Shown here: positions 50,215-63,996 of the stretch, piece after piece
Numbering within the stretch: position 1 is the stretch's first letter
How the letters are laid out: each line of letters opens with the position of its first letter
Origin: Phoronis australis
Taxonomy: Eukaryota; Animalia; Phoronida
NCBI GenBank assembly: GCA_002633005.1
Contig: NMRA01000141.1
Span: 62,001 to 126,000, forward strand
Length of the DNA stretch: 64,000 nt
Reading direction: 5' to 3'
The notes under the pieces: generated by a model
What the model was told of the DNA's origin: nothing
Databases searched by the model: none
The model's input: the letters and a program-made list of their open reading frames with translations, nothing else
Translations under genes and position numbers: made by a program

Positions 50215-50470
50215 CTCTGAAATCAGGACTGCCCGCAGACTGAGTGGTCTCCGACTCGGCTTCACTCGCCGAAGACGCCGATTCGGGAGGGTCGAGTTCA
50301 TACGGCCTCAAACACGCAACGTATGACTATGTGGCAAGGTCTAACTCGTTACCTGTTTCACCTGTGACCAAAGTGTCGTCTTCATCCCCATCTCCATACC
50401 TGTCTTCATAATACTTGTCAAGCTCGCTCTATGAGTCTTCGTAACTTACAAAATCACTACGAGCCGCCAT
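50215..50470 (-). pseudogene. Possible KolX-like N-terminal fragment convergent with the THAP at 49419
   Basis: MAARSDF, an acidic tract, then LRPYELDP, similar to the PY-x-FEP motif. Two in-frame stops. Confidence 0.4.
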
Positions 50471-50699
50471 TGCATATATACTCTAGGTCAACTGATCAAC
50501 GTCTTCCACTCATGCCATCACGTGGCGGGAAATCAAAATAGGATTAAAGTTCAAAATTCCTCAATCATTCCCCAAAATAAGTGATTATTTAGTTAGATTT
50601 TGTGTTATGAAATTATTATACGCGGTCTAAAACCTCAAAAATTACAAAAATCCACCGAAGGAACGCTTTCAAGCAGTCATGGCGAATTCGTGTAAGTAG

Positions 50700-51520
50700 T
50701 GAATAAAAACTGTATGTCTATAATGATCCTCTGTCTGTGATGGACGTGTGGTTATGACGTTTGTTATGGATAATGTTAAGTACGTCAAACCAGGTAATAG
50801 ACTGAATGTCATTATTTACTATCAGAATAAAATCAGGTAACCTCATAATGAAAAACAACCTCGATGTGGGAAGATTGCGACCATTGGCCTGGTGTAGTTT
50901 GTTTATGAATTTACAACATTTCATGTGGATGGATGTCGTTGTCTTAAATCTCGTGAACAGCGTCATATTGAACACATGTTATGTTCTCCTTCACGACACT
51001 TGTCCATGCATGCCATTTGCAGGGTGTGTCCATTCAAGACCATTTTACATCAGCGTGGCCGGAAAATGACTAGGAAGGAAATAGTAGATATCACAACTAC
51101 TAGCATGTAGAAAATGACCCATTTCGGTTAAAAATTTTGGAGTCTCTGTTGATCGGTTACGAAAACCTGGTGGTGAATGAGCATCTCACAGGACTGAGTT
51201 TACCCCACCCGGCCTTACCCTGTTCCGTTAGTCGGTAGCTTGTAGACCTCCCACCGTGTGTTGTATTCACACCCACAGTTTGTACCCTTATCTACCTGTC
51301 GCCACTGCTGATTTCGGTTTTAGCATGTTTACCTCACTAGTATGCGCCTGATGAGACACGTGGTCTCGAAGTCTAGCTGTTATTTTAGTTGATTTATTTG
51401 CCATTGGCAATTTATTTCACAACTGTACTCCTGATGATCGAAAACTGTTCAGAGAATACGAGCAAGTGTTTGTGAAGCTACACCATCAAATACTAAAATA
51501 CAACCGTGTTATTTAATCAA
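50700..51520 (+). mobile_element. Penelope-like remnant: GIY-YIG fragment plus pLTR with a hammerhead-like core
   Basis: GCRCLKSREQRH...PSRHLSMHAICRVCPFKTIL...RKEIVD resembles GRCL..R..EH...HL..H..C...REI.E. CTGATGAGAC-acgtg-GTCTCGAAG occurs at 51348. Confidence 0.55.
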
Positions 51521-54079
51521 GCCCTCCGGTATAATGACAGTCAGCTTATAACCTCAGCCGGGGAACCATCGAGAAGATCGAACATTGTAGCACAGGAACT
51601 TTGTGATGGGGGACATCGGGACGAGAGAACATGAACACAGAGCAATATTGAGCAAGGAGTGCAATTGCAACCTGCCGGGGCACATATAGGACAGGAGGGC
51701 GTCAGTTGGGAATCTGTGAGTAAGGAGAAAATAGTTACCGGGAAATACCGCTTTGGACCCGGAAAAAGGATATCCTAAAAAAATACTTAGCGTCCCAAAA
51801 TTGAAGTTGAACTAATTTTGCTATGCCAATGAAAATATTTTACAAAGTTATTTTTCTTTAGTATTTTAAAGAAGTTGTTGACTGGCTCGTAGTAACAATA
51901 TCTTGAGCATGTCAAAATGTTGCCAGTTTTCCTTAAACCAGAACTTGCCTGCCTTACTTTAATGGTACTGGGAATTTCTATTGATAATCCACAGGACACT
52001 TGTTAGGAATGTCATAGTTTTACCTTTCTACTAGTTTGTACCTGAAAGCAAGAAGCCTATTACGTTACGGAAAAGAGGCCATCGAGACTGACTTGGAATA
52101 CGACGTTTATGTAGAAAGCAGAGATTATGGTACTAAAAGCTCACGAGAACGTTAGTAGTTTGCAAATAAGCCAAAACGTGCTGAGCTAAACTGTGCCTTG
52201 TTTCTCTGCGCCTTGTTTTGTTGGACACTTGCTCACAGTTCATTCTGAGATACACAACACATGGTAGAAAATGATTTACAGTGACTCCAATGAGCCCACT
52301 TCCCGGCGACATTAAAAATCGAACGAAGTCAGAGTTCCAAGACGTTTTCTCATAACGCTGAGAGTGCACTTTTGCCTCAATTCAGTCTACCTCATGCAGC
52401 GAATATGAAATGACATTACCCATGTCAATATGTAATCGGACAAAATTACGCACATTTTTTAAAGACCATTTCCCATAATGTCGCTGACATTAGGTGACCA
52501 ACAGTCGTATGACCTTGATATTCACAAATGTAGAATTTATGACGCTGAAAAGAAATCGCTCTTTCGAGCTTTTGATGGAAACCAGGTTGTACGTACATGT
52601 CTGTCTTTACATTCCACTGTTACATGTACAGGTGAAGTAAATGTTTTGTTAAACGATAGTCTTAATTTTCTGCACTTTCATAACGATTTTTATCACTGGC
52701 GTTAATTCTCTGCGTCTCATGTACATGCTTATGTAGACGTCTCTCAAATAAGTGAGCTTGTTTTACGCAATAAATGATGTCCTGTTTAAATACATTGGGC
52801 CTGCATTGAATCTTCGGACATTTTCTTAATGTAAGCCGATACAGGCCTGCTCTCGAGCGTCTGTTTGAAAACATTTCTGCAATTCTCAACAAACACAGGT
52901 TACACCATTGGTATTTACATGTATAAACGTTTCAAATATTTATTTCCATAAACCGTTTTCACACGTGACAGCATTCACAAAGTGAACCGGAAACGGATTT
53001 CTCATTACACCAGGCGCAATCAGTTTTTTAAGATGATATTTTCTTTGAAACTCAACAGAGCGTGAATCTGTTAATTTTACGCACATACCCCAATGATGTT
53101 AGTTTATATTTTCAACTTATTTAATGAATGCTGGTATTTTGCGTTTAGGTACGTCTAAACCTTAATTCAACACCGTCTCTGCGTGTACACCACTGTACAG
53201 TGCTTCAAAGTTGTGTTACAACGCTCGCTTTATGCATCAGGCAATTAGCAGACCCTGCGACTTTTAATAATGCGCATGCGTAGAGTTTCATCTCTCTTAC
53301 GGCCTCGCTAATTCGGGAGATTTTATTTGTCACATTCTAGGGTTTCTTCTATTGATGAAATTTTCCGAATTCACGTATTTGTCGTATTAACGGTATTTTA
53401 TTTTCCATCACATGTAATCATGGCTTAATGAATTTCCTCCATATTCCGAAATCATTTGTTCGTATGTCTGTAACATCTTCAGGTTTCAATAATTTGTTGC
53501 AGTTCATGAATTCATTAATTGCTTACAGATACATTAATTCGCTGCATTGATTAACTTGTAAAATCGATTCTACAGTTCATAGTGAATAATGCGCAGTTGG
53601 TAGTATCGTTTATGTGATACATTTACTTGTTCTTTGTCGCCTGTCGTTGTTATTTTTGTGTCGTGATTTGTAACGCATTTGTCTAAGTCAAATCACTTAT
53701 TAGCGTATAGTCTTGTCATAGATAACCGTCATTAATCAATGATCAGCGACACTATCGAACGATCGACGATCCCATCAAACGATGTAACGAAAGACGATTA
53801 ATAAAGTAAGTCGAGTTATGCAAAGCTGATTTCAAGCTGCACTCTACGAGCATCGCTGCAACATTGAGCAAGGAGATATTAGCCAATTTTAAAAGTCAAA
53901 TTTAATGGAAATGGGTAACAAGAAAATATTGTGTCCAAGTCATATCTAAGTTGTCTGGTTCCTGAATCATTATGTGCTTCTCAAACTAAACAGGAGTTTG
54001 TGCCAGCTGTGTATGAATTGACCTATCGCAAGCTCCGCCCCCTTGCGAAAAGTCACGTGACACCCGACAAACAAACAAG

Positions 54080-54355
54080 ATGTCAGAGGCAAGTACATTG
54101 TCGCTAAACGACGTTCCTGGTGGAATCGATGAGTGTTTTTTCACTTTCCGAAAACGCTTCGACAAAGAGAACAGCGATATTTTTCAACTGAGAATCGTAC
54201 GTTCACGATTTGGGAATTTGTAAAGGCGACGATAAAAAATAAGTGTTCGAAAAAAGTATTTCGGAGCCAGCAAAAATCCGAAGAACCCCACACGGGGTTC
54301 ACCTTCACCTGAAAACTGACAAGGCCGCTGATGCGCTATGTTCATGTAAAGCTGG
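54080..54355 (+). pseudogene. Decayed SWIM zinc-finger exon, probably transposon-borne
   Basis: Frameshifted ESYVHD...VFRSQQKSEEPH..VHLHL...ALCSCKAG, ending at donor gtatgt. Confidence 0.6.
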
Positions 54356-55249
54356 GTATGTACCTTGAAGTCGAATTATCTGTAAGATGCCATAGATTTC
54401 AGGATATTTCGAACAAAATCAGTGAAGATTCACCGATATTTTTATTCTGCCGTCTGCTAAATTCCGCCAAATGAAAAGTAGTTCACAACTGATGGGATTC
54501 CCCGAAAAGAGTAGGTCGACTCGATAGCACTGTTTATACTTTTCTAATCTTCGAGCGAAATATTTTGATTAAAAAATCAGGTTCATAGCTAAGGCACATA
54601 CTCATCTTATCCTAGGTAAGCAGTTAGATCCGGTAGGTCTAGAGCTGTGTCCAAGTGCACCACAAAGACATTTAAGTTAGGCCAACCTTCTGATTCACAT
54701 TTTTTGTAGTTTCATTGCATAAACGTAACTTTCATTTAATTTTAATCGTAGCATGACCACTGAGCTGTGGTATGGCAACAAAAGATGACAAGTCTGGTAT
54801 ATTGGCAAAAAATAGCCATTTACAAAAATAACTAAAATTGTTTTTTAAAGCTTCATAAATCCAAGCACCATGTTTGAATAACTACAAAATGAGCTCTCCC
54901 TAACTCTACAGGCATAGTGTATACTAGCGGTTCTCAACAAAAAGTAATTCAACTGTTTTTCATGACAACAGCTCAAACGAGGCTTTGAGTTCAATAATCT
55001 AGTGCCCCTCCCTGCATGCGCCGATCGAATCTGTCAATTTTGGTGAGAAGTTCAGTTGAATGCCAGCCTACGGGAATATGAATAAAAAAATGTACCTATG
55101 CAACGAAACATAACGATGTTTATTATAGGTCGAAATAAATGAAAAATTATAAAATGTCCTTTTAAGGAAATTGTGGTATTTAAAAAACAACAATTTCTGG
55201 GACCACCGCTAGACTAGTGCTAGAATACAGCAGATGCCGAGACAAAACT

Positions 55250-55674
55250 GCCGTTTACACTGCAAAAGTTGACACGGATCAGCTGATACGGAACTAGTTG
55301 TTCCAGAGCAAGTATGTGTGTAAAAGGGACTGTACTGGAGCAAACTGACATCGCTGTGACAACTTTCGCCAACCGTTTGTGAGGTAGAGCAATTTGCGCC
55401 AGAACATCTAATTCCGTGTCAATTATGTGTCTAATCGCGTAACTGGGGCAAGGCGGAAAGGATCATCGCTATTGCGCTGGTGTAATGATCTCAATACGGG
55501 TTCTTTGTCTCTTCAACTCTCGTGATTTGTAAACCTGCGCATGTGTGATACACTCTCCAGCCTACAATTTCCGTCTTGCCACAGTTAGTGAGTGGTGTGT
55601 GTACACGGACGCTTGACACCGATTAATTTGCTCAGTGTCAGTTGCGCCAGGCCAAAAGGTGATGTCTAAACGGG
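55250..55674. mobile_element. MITE with ccgtttacac-type termini
   Basis: gccgtttacactgc...gatgtctaaacggg, with internal repeats such as ttgacacgga/ttgacaccga and gcgccag. Confidence 0.5.
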
Positions 55675-58600
55675 ATTATAGGCGCCCAGACGAATGAAAC
55701 AACGGAATCAAAATCAGATAGGCCTATACACTATAGCCACCAAACTGAAAAGTACGTATCTTGGAACAAATATATTTGTGTTTAACTTTCGAGTAATCCA
55801 GCAACATTGCCAAGTTTAGCTGCTCTTGTGGCCGTCCACACAGTTTGATCCATCGTTTACTCAGTCGACATCACTTTTCGACTTAGGAAATGCCCAAAAT
55901 ATGACGGAATATTCTTCTATAGCTGTAGAACGGCTGCCAGAATTACACACGTCATATCAACACCGTTCCACCATTCTTATCGCACAATATTTGAGCTATA
56001 TACTAAAATAATATAAGCTTTACCGACAATGTGTTGTTTGTCGGGTAAAATGGCGGATTGGAAATGCAAAGGAAGGCGTGTCAAGAATACTGCGTTCTGA
56101 TTGGTCTATTAAGCCGTTAGTCATAATTCTGGTGCTAGGTCAATTATTGACACAGAAATAGACTGGCGAGATGTCTGTCTCTTGTTACATTCACGAATTT
56201 AAAAGTTCAGTTCACAATTCTGAGCTTCTGTAATTTACTGACATTACCTGGTCTGACGCTATTGAATGTGCAAATAAGTGGATCGAATTTGAGTGCAGTG
56301 AAAGTGTCATTGCTGAGAAACGTTCAAATTTTAAGTGACCAAACAGAGCTACTCTATCATAGTTTTACATACACTTTACTGATGCTACAAAAATTGAAAG
56401 ATCCTTTAGAAGGCAAAAGATCAAACTAATCAAGGAATTATTGCTGATGTTGAACCCAAAAGAAAATCACGGAGATCGCCAGTTGCGTTCAACAGTGCTC
56501 AAAGAAATAAACATGTGCTGCCACCAGCTGAATGACGCATTTGCCAGAAAACGAAATAGACAACTACTCAATAAAGGAAGCTTGAAAACCTAACTAAGTT
56601 GAAACCATTGACTGGTATGTACCTTAGCTGTGAATTACGACAAAAATCTCTATTTTGGGAGCAGAGAATATTGGTTGAGGTCCGAGCTTGTCCAAAATTT
56701 TAGAAATTTGCAATATTGGCCGTCCCAAACTCGATTATCCGGGTATTGACAACGGTTTTTACCAACGTGTAGGTGACCAGCGCTGCTTTTCTTGAACTTC
56801 CAAGCCTATTTTCAGACCATGTTATGCAAAAATGCGCAGTTTTTGAAAGTTGAGAAATAAGAATAAGAAGATTGCAAAAAATGGAATAAGGGAAGTTCCA
56901 TTTTAGCTTAGATTTCGATGTCCCAAAGTTTGGAAAATGTCCCGAACTGGGTAATTTTCAGCGTAGACTGGAAAGATTTTATTCTTCCAATTCCATACCC
57001 TCTAAAATAGGACGCCTCGGAATAAACGTTTGGGCTACGCTAAATGCTTTTCAATTTCACATACAATACAGTATTGCGGAATTGACCACTTTTCTATTTT
57101 TCAAAGATGTTCAACATTTTACAATGTGTTGTTTGATTACAGCTGTGGAGTACGTCAATGGCAGTAGTGGTGCAGGACTTACGAGAGAGACCAACCCAAG
57201 GAAACCCTGCGTTAAAGAGATACAGCCTCTTGACTCTGGGAAAAGTTGGATACATGGATATATTGTCCCTTGATGGCGAGGAATGTAAAAGAGGCCAGAT
57301 ATAACCGGGTAAGGTCGTTTGTGGTTTCCTAAATAAGCTAAAGGACTTGCTTAGTAAACAAGTATCTTTCTTCCATCCTTTTGGCTTATGTTCATTTCAC
57401 AAATTTGTGAAAAACGTTTCGATGACCCTTCAACATTGTTTGCCCTAAGTGCTGGCGGATTTGTGTAAGCAGGGAATGCGTCCCCGCTTTTGACACAACC
57501 AAGTCAAGCTCTATAGAGTGTCGGAGCTGTGAAAGCATAGTTTGAGAAAGTGTTCAATCGCTCATCTGGACTTCAAACTAAGAGTGGTGTGATTCTTGAT
57601 TAGTTAAAAAGTCCGTTTCCTAGATACAAGTGATGTTCCAAATATCAGCCAATCCAAAAGTGGACCAAGAGTTGTGTGTTTGAAAAATTGAGCATTACGT
57701 CGATTGATCGCTTAAAAAGAAACCCTGCTTTGATGATTTCAACCAATCCTCGTTCTGTCACCTGCTAGTGCATCCTTGGCATATTAAAGACATACTTCCT
57801 ATCTTCCAAATTGAATATTGTGGTACTTGGTGGATGGTCTTTTCGCCGGAACAGTTGCCTCGTAATTCGCTAAAAGTGTAGGTCACGCATGCCCGTTTAG
57901 CAGAATTTCAAAATTTCCCCCCAAATTTTTGCGGGTTGTCGAGGGTTACAGAACCTTATTTTGTTTCACAGAACTGTATGAGAGAGTCGTTTTTAGTATC
58001 TGTTAATAGGCCAAAACCGGGTTTAGTATTTTTTTAAATACGGCGTGCAGTGAAATTAGCGGTAAATGGCCACAGTGGAAGCGATAAACTTAATCTTAGA
58101 TGCATGTGTTCGCACAGTTTTATACTCGCGAAAAATATTCTTAGTGCTTAAAACCACGTTAGAAAAGATGAGGGTAGGAAATCTTTTTTTGTGTAGACGT
58201 TGGTATTGTATGTAGCCATGTACTCGATAACACCACACAGTATCGAGATTTCTTTGAACTACAGGTATAATGAATGAGAAATATTGACCATTTTCTCGAA
58301 CATCATTAACTTTTCACGACAGCTGTGCAATACTTAAGAATCTTTTGTTACCCAAACTGGTTCGTTAGCTTATTGCTTTGTCGCCAACATGCAGACAATC
58401 AATTAAGAACCATGATCGCAAAAGTAAATTACAGAGAAGCGAAATTATACGAAACTTTTTATAAGGAGGTTGTAAAATAATTGTTATTCGAGTATTCATT
58501 AAAAGACTAGTTTTACGTTCGAAAACGGTTTTTTAAACATTACCACCTTCACTCAAACTTGAATTCATGTCGAATGATGGAGAACTCGTCACAGGCGCCA

Positions 58601-59319
58601 TAATGTATTTCTTGGAAAACAAGCACGTCCCAATTACACCTATGAAAGGGTTGTAAACATTCCATGAAAATTAACTGGAAACATTGTCATTTGGGTTATT
58701 CAATCATGTTCACAACTAAAAAATTGCAAGTAACGCTTATAAATTCAGAAATGTGTTTTAATTCGTATTTTAATGTAAAGAAATAAAACGTATGCATGTT
58801 TCTAAGACTTAATGCAACCTCTGGAAACTTTTGTTGCCGCATCACTCCTTATGGACATCTAACTCCATTATTGTTTCTCAGTATGTTCTATTCTAACCCC
58901 AATTTACATAATTAGCGAAATTTAAATGTATTTTTCATTGTGATAAAATACTATAATTTGTGACATAATAAGCAAAATAAAATTGGCCCCGAATGTGGTC
59001 AAAAGGTGGTTTTGCAAGCCTCCTACCGGCTATGACCCACGGACTATCAAGACGATACAACTGTTATCCTCATTGTTAGCTTTGTCTTCACCTCAACATC
59101 TTCTAATTAATGAACACTGGAGCTCGGCTTTAATAGTAGGAAATTGAAATGTTTAATAAAGTGCAAAAGTGGTGAACATGTGGTTATTTTTCAGTTATTT
59201 TGGACTAAACATTGGGAGGTTACCTTTCTGTACCCCGCCTCACGTTTTGGTAGCAGGGGCTTTCGTCGTCCCCCGCCCTCTCGCTTCCTACCTCTATGTC
59301 ATGCGTGTCCTGGTGTGAC

Positions 59320-59400
59320 GCTATAATACATGTATGTCCATTGCATATGCAAGGAGACGTCAATGACGTAAATAATTATCGGGGTATTTCACTTCTGCCC
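59320..59400 (+). mobile_element. Non-LTR retrotransposon reverse-transcriptase fragment
   Basis: PLHMQGDVNDVNNYRGISLLP matches the P-x-x-K-x-GD...NYR(G/P)ISLL motif of LINE RTs. Confidence 0.7.
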
Positions 59401-61999
59401 TACCTCTATGTCATGCGTGCCCTGCGATTGGTTTGTCGTACATCGGGCTACGTATCTGTTGAAGATTGCCTAAAAAAGTTACTAACGATAATTCTGTGAT
59501 GCTGTTCTGAGCCTAAGGTATTTCGTATTCCTAAAAGTACAGATAGACCTATGCAAACAAAGACGATGAAGTAAATATAAGTAGCAATGCGTTTAAGGGT
59601 GAAATTTAGACAAAGGTCCCTTAACGTAAAACTCTCGCGACCCTTTGAAGGCCCACGCCGCAGCCCCTGCATTCATGCGGCAGTGGAACGAATTCTGCAA
59701 GAAAGTGCTCAACACCCTCTGTTGAGGCGTTTTTATAAAACGGAACTGACTATAAGCAGCATTAACCAATAACAAAAATGCTAACTGCGTGCATAACGTT
59801 CTCTGGGCTACATGCACTATGGTCCACACCAAAGTTTGTGTACATAAAAATTACATTTTCAAAAAATACACACTGAAAGATAAGTCTACTCAAAAGGTTG
59901 CATTTTTGTTTCCGTTTTCACGACACATGTGACTCGTATGTGTAGGTGGAACGAAAATCCGTGAAGAGGGTACATTCGCGATTTAGGAAAAATAATTTGT
60001 CACAAGTGATTGAGCTGAGGAGGATTGAGTTTTGCGAATCAACTCAGTCAGAGAATGAATTATTCAACCATTGTCGATAGGAAACGTTTTAAACGTTTTT
60101 ATTAATCTCGAAAAATGTTATGAGAGACGTGAATATCAACGAACCAAAGCATTCCCTTCCCGTGTACTCTACAAGTTACTAGTGTATTGGGTGTTATGAA
60201 TATTGATGTAATTCAATCAAACGTTGATCAACTCGTGCTTTAGGGACACTGTGTAAACGAGAAGTCATAAACAAGATTAATAATCTACTATTCTCGTGAG
60301 AACATTCACATCCGGGGAAGTTGTCGTTCGATGATTTTTTCCGAAGAACTTAAAAATGGGAACGGAAATTTTTTCAGCTGTTTATTTGTTTTACAAAAAA
60401 TCAGTGAAATGCATTAGTCACTTCGCACTGCTACAAGCGTATCAGGGAACAGAATAGTAATACAACTTGTCTCCCGAGAGTTTGAACACCACAAAGCTAT
60501 TCACAGAAATTAAAATGCACTTTTTCTTGATGAAGAATGAACACTGGCGTATTGCCCTCGTTTACATGTAAACTGCAAAATGGACTCTATCCAATTTTTG
60601 TAATTTTCGTTGTTTTTTAATAATAATAGTCACACTGCTAATTATGATAATGGTAACTGATAATAAGAATGATAGTGATAATTTCCGAGTTTATACAGCG
60701 CATTTAAGAATATTCACCAGTTAATACGCTGTCTTTGTGTGACAAACGACTTTTTGTTTTAGCACGTCAATGTCCATGCAGGGCGCATCAAGGAAACCTA
60801 GGGCATTTGAAGCATGCGCGCAACCAGCCTAAAAAATGGGGGGCTCGAATTTTTGAGGATGTGGACCTTACACAAAAAAGGTGTACGTCAACAGCTATGA
60901 ATTGTGCATTCGCCAAATTTAGACAGTCTCTGCCTTTTTAGTGGACTTTTGTCTCGTATTCTACTTTTTCCGGAGCTTTTGTTTCTCTGAGGTGGACTTT
61001 TTTGCCCACTTCACCCCTCCCCCTTTGGATGCGCGAATGTGAAATAGATTTTTAAAAGGTTACCGAAGAGTTGGACACATGTGAAGAAGGAAGAATAAGT
61101 ATTTTGGTTCGTCACAAATCACAATTAGATTGTCAATTTTGGCCAAGCACGTAAACAACTGTGTGATTATTTCGTACGATGAAATATCTCTTAATCAAGT
61201 CTACAGGGACATCAAACATGCATGTCGCATCATATGAAAATTATCATTCAGCGAATGTAATTTATTCTCTCAAGATAAATTGCTCACCAAAACAATCCTC
61301 TTCTACGTAATTGATAACAGTTTTATACAGTCTTACTCGAAAGTTGGTGTTTTTGACTTTGAAACTCGATGTGTAATGGTATGTGCGTTTTGGGCGCAAT
61401 TGTAACAGAGGTTACAGCGCCGACAGCACTGATCCAAGTAGCAGTGATGGGGAAATCAAAGGAACTAAATTCAGCTAAAGAAAGACCCTACCACACTGGT
61501 GCTTACGCTAAAGTAAAGGCAGTTATTTTGTTGCTCAGTTTCTCATGTTTTAGTCTAATGTAGATAGGCCGGGCAATAGTCACTTATAGGGTTCCCAGAT
61601 TTCTAGAGCCAGTTTGATGCCTGTTATTCAGGAGAGAAAACTGGATCCTAAAATGCGGAAACCCCTGTAAGTGATGATCACATGCGATCAACATGGGCAG
61701 CCCAGAGACTAGGTAGCCACGCATCATGTCATTAGAAGGTCCCTTACAGTATGAAGGCATATCTGTCGTCTGATTTGGAATCTGGTCACAAAAAGGGAAC
61801 CAGTTGTCTGCCAAGCGTTCACATGCCAAATATTTTCTGTTTCAAACGGCGGGCAACGGCGTCCGTGCTTCCGTCTGATAGCTGGGAATGTAAACGCTGT
61901 ATTATATGTACTTAATATGTCCATGATCACAAACTATGGCCGATATAGGACCTCGTTCATTCTAAAATTTGTTTACTAACAATATCCACTGGAAACTGT

Positions 62000-63996
62000 T
62001 TGATGTTGAGAATACTCTTTGCAAAGTTTATTACCGCCCTAATTGGTTCGTGTACTTTGTTACGAACAAGGTCACTACAGAAAGCAACTCGATCCCTTGG
62101 GTTTTTACAATTTTCTCAGCACAATTCGTTTACTGCTCTGTATCGATAGCTTTGCTAATGTCAACAGATTCGTAAATATGTCGTTAGTGATACGAGTTTA
62201 TTTTTTTCATTTGAATAATTGCCATGCAAATGTCATACAAACCTAAACTAGTGCATCTACCGGTACAAGCGGTCGCTGTGCACTTAACTGGTGTCCCCAT
62301 GGAATCGTAATAAAGGAATGGATGCCAACAAGTTTTAAGGTACATGCAATCTCCTCAGTGCTGTCTACGGTTGTCTTGAACACATTCACTCCCTTTCACG
62401 CTTAGAAGTTAAAGTCCTAATTGCACATGATTTCAACAGGTATTAAAGTTGTAAAACATGTTATCAGGAAGCCAGAGGTACCTAAGAAGTCATCACAGTG
62501 AAATTCGTAGGCGAAGTTACACTTGGCATGATCTGGAGCCGAGGTACACTTCAACATTTTAGATTTACCGAGAAAAAAGCGAGAGTCATTCAGGAACAAT
62601 TGAATGACAAAGCTGTCTATTTGACTGTGCTCAGTGTGTTTGGCAGACAGTAAAACTTCGGTAAACATATAAGTAACAACGAACATGCAATATCAAAATA
62701 TTAAGTAAAATTGCTTTGCAGTACGTACATTCAGGCAACTGACGAAGGTTTTAAAAACAAAATTCGACTGTGAAAAACTAAGACTCCTCAGTCGACGGCC
62801 AAGACTTCGACCGAAGTCCGACGGCTGCTTTAGTAAGATAAAACCACCCATCATTGCCAGTGATATTGACAAGGAAACTTTTATCAAGCGTTGACCTAAA
62901 ATCCTGGAATTTTTACACATTTGCAATTTTAGCAAACAAAAATTTTTCCACAGGTGTCTCCGGCTACTTTGGCCGCCGACATAAGCACAAATAGTGAAGA
63001 CCTAGTTGTTCTTGGGATGAAACAGCTTTCAAAATAACTTTATAAAAATACTTCATATATGGGCGACTAGAGCTGTTTAATTGTTGATGAGCTTAGCAAA
63101 AAACTAACAGGGAGAATTTCTATTACGCCTGATGCGTTCGCGTAGGCTACAACATGAACCCCGACGGAACAAGCGAGTTCGGTGCAGGACGATAGCTCAG
63201 TTGACCACGGGTCCTGAATAAACCACACTTCATTACACTTCTCCTTTAGCCAACTTGTGATTCCCATTAATTAAGGACGGACTTTCATTCGTAGACAAAG
63301 GTGAATAATGATCGTGAACATTTTCACGTTGATATGTTTTGTTACCGCTGGTAAGAAAACTATTGTGCTTGACAGACGTGGTCACAAAAATTCCTAAACA
63401 AAGGACTATGAGACGAGGAAAAGTTAAGGAAGTCTTGCTAACCCCAAACACACTTCCTTTGATATTCTAAGCAACACTATGTTAACAGCCTTCTATTTAT
63501 ATGCAGCTAGTCCCTGCCGTGCAACGTCGAGCGAGTCAAGAAGAGCCTCTGTGTATTTCCTCATACTGATGCAAACGTCACACTTTATAGGTAAATGCTG
63601 AAAGTGGTGGAAGAAGGTGCCCACACTATCAGAATTCTCAATGACATCTCTGACGTGTTCGTGCCCTTTGTTCATGGGACATCACAGATGTCAGTTGACG
63701 CCAACATTCAAAGGGAGAAGTGGAATGGTAGTATTTCGGATGTAATGGAACAGTTCAGAGATAAGGCCCTATCAAGTGCACTCAACTTATCGAAATTCAC
63801 ACAAAGTCAGGTTGTGCACGACACTGTTTGGTCTCTTTGGAAATGGAAAGCTGGGGGTTCTCATACTCTGAGCATTTCAGAGCTCGACCACGTATTGGAA
63901 GAGTCTGTGCTACCCACGCTAAGCTTCGGGAAACTTCGTATGCATTCTTCTTACAGTTCATTTGTATCGGCAGAAGAGTTGTCAAACAATGAATGA
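62000..63996 (+). pseudogene. Possible decayed, apparently intronless multi-Tudor-domain gene
   Basis: Scattered peptides resemble extended Tudor modules: IRVYFFHLNN...LVHLPVQAVAVHLTGVP, VSPATLA, VDHG and GSHTLSISELDHVLEESVLP. Many stops and frameshifts. Confidence 0.3.
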
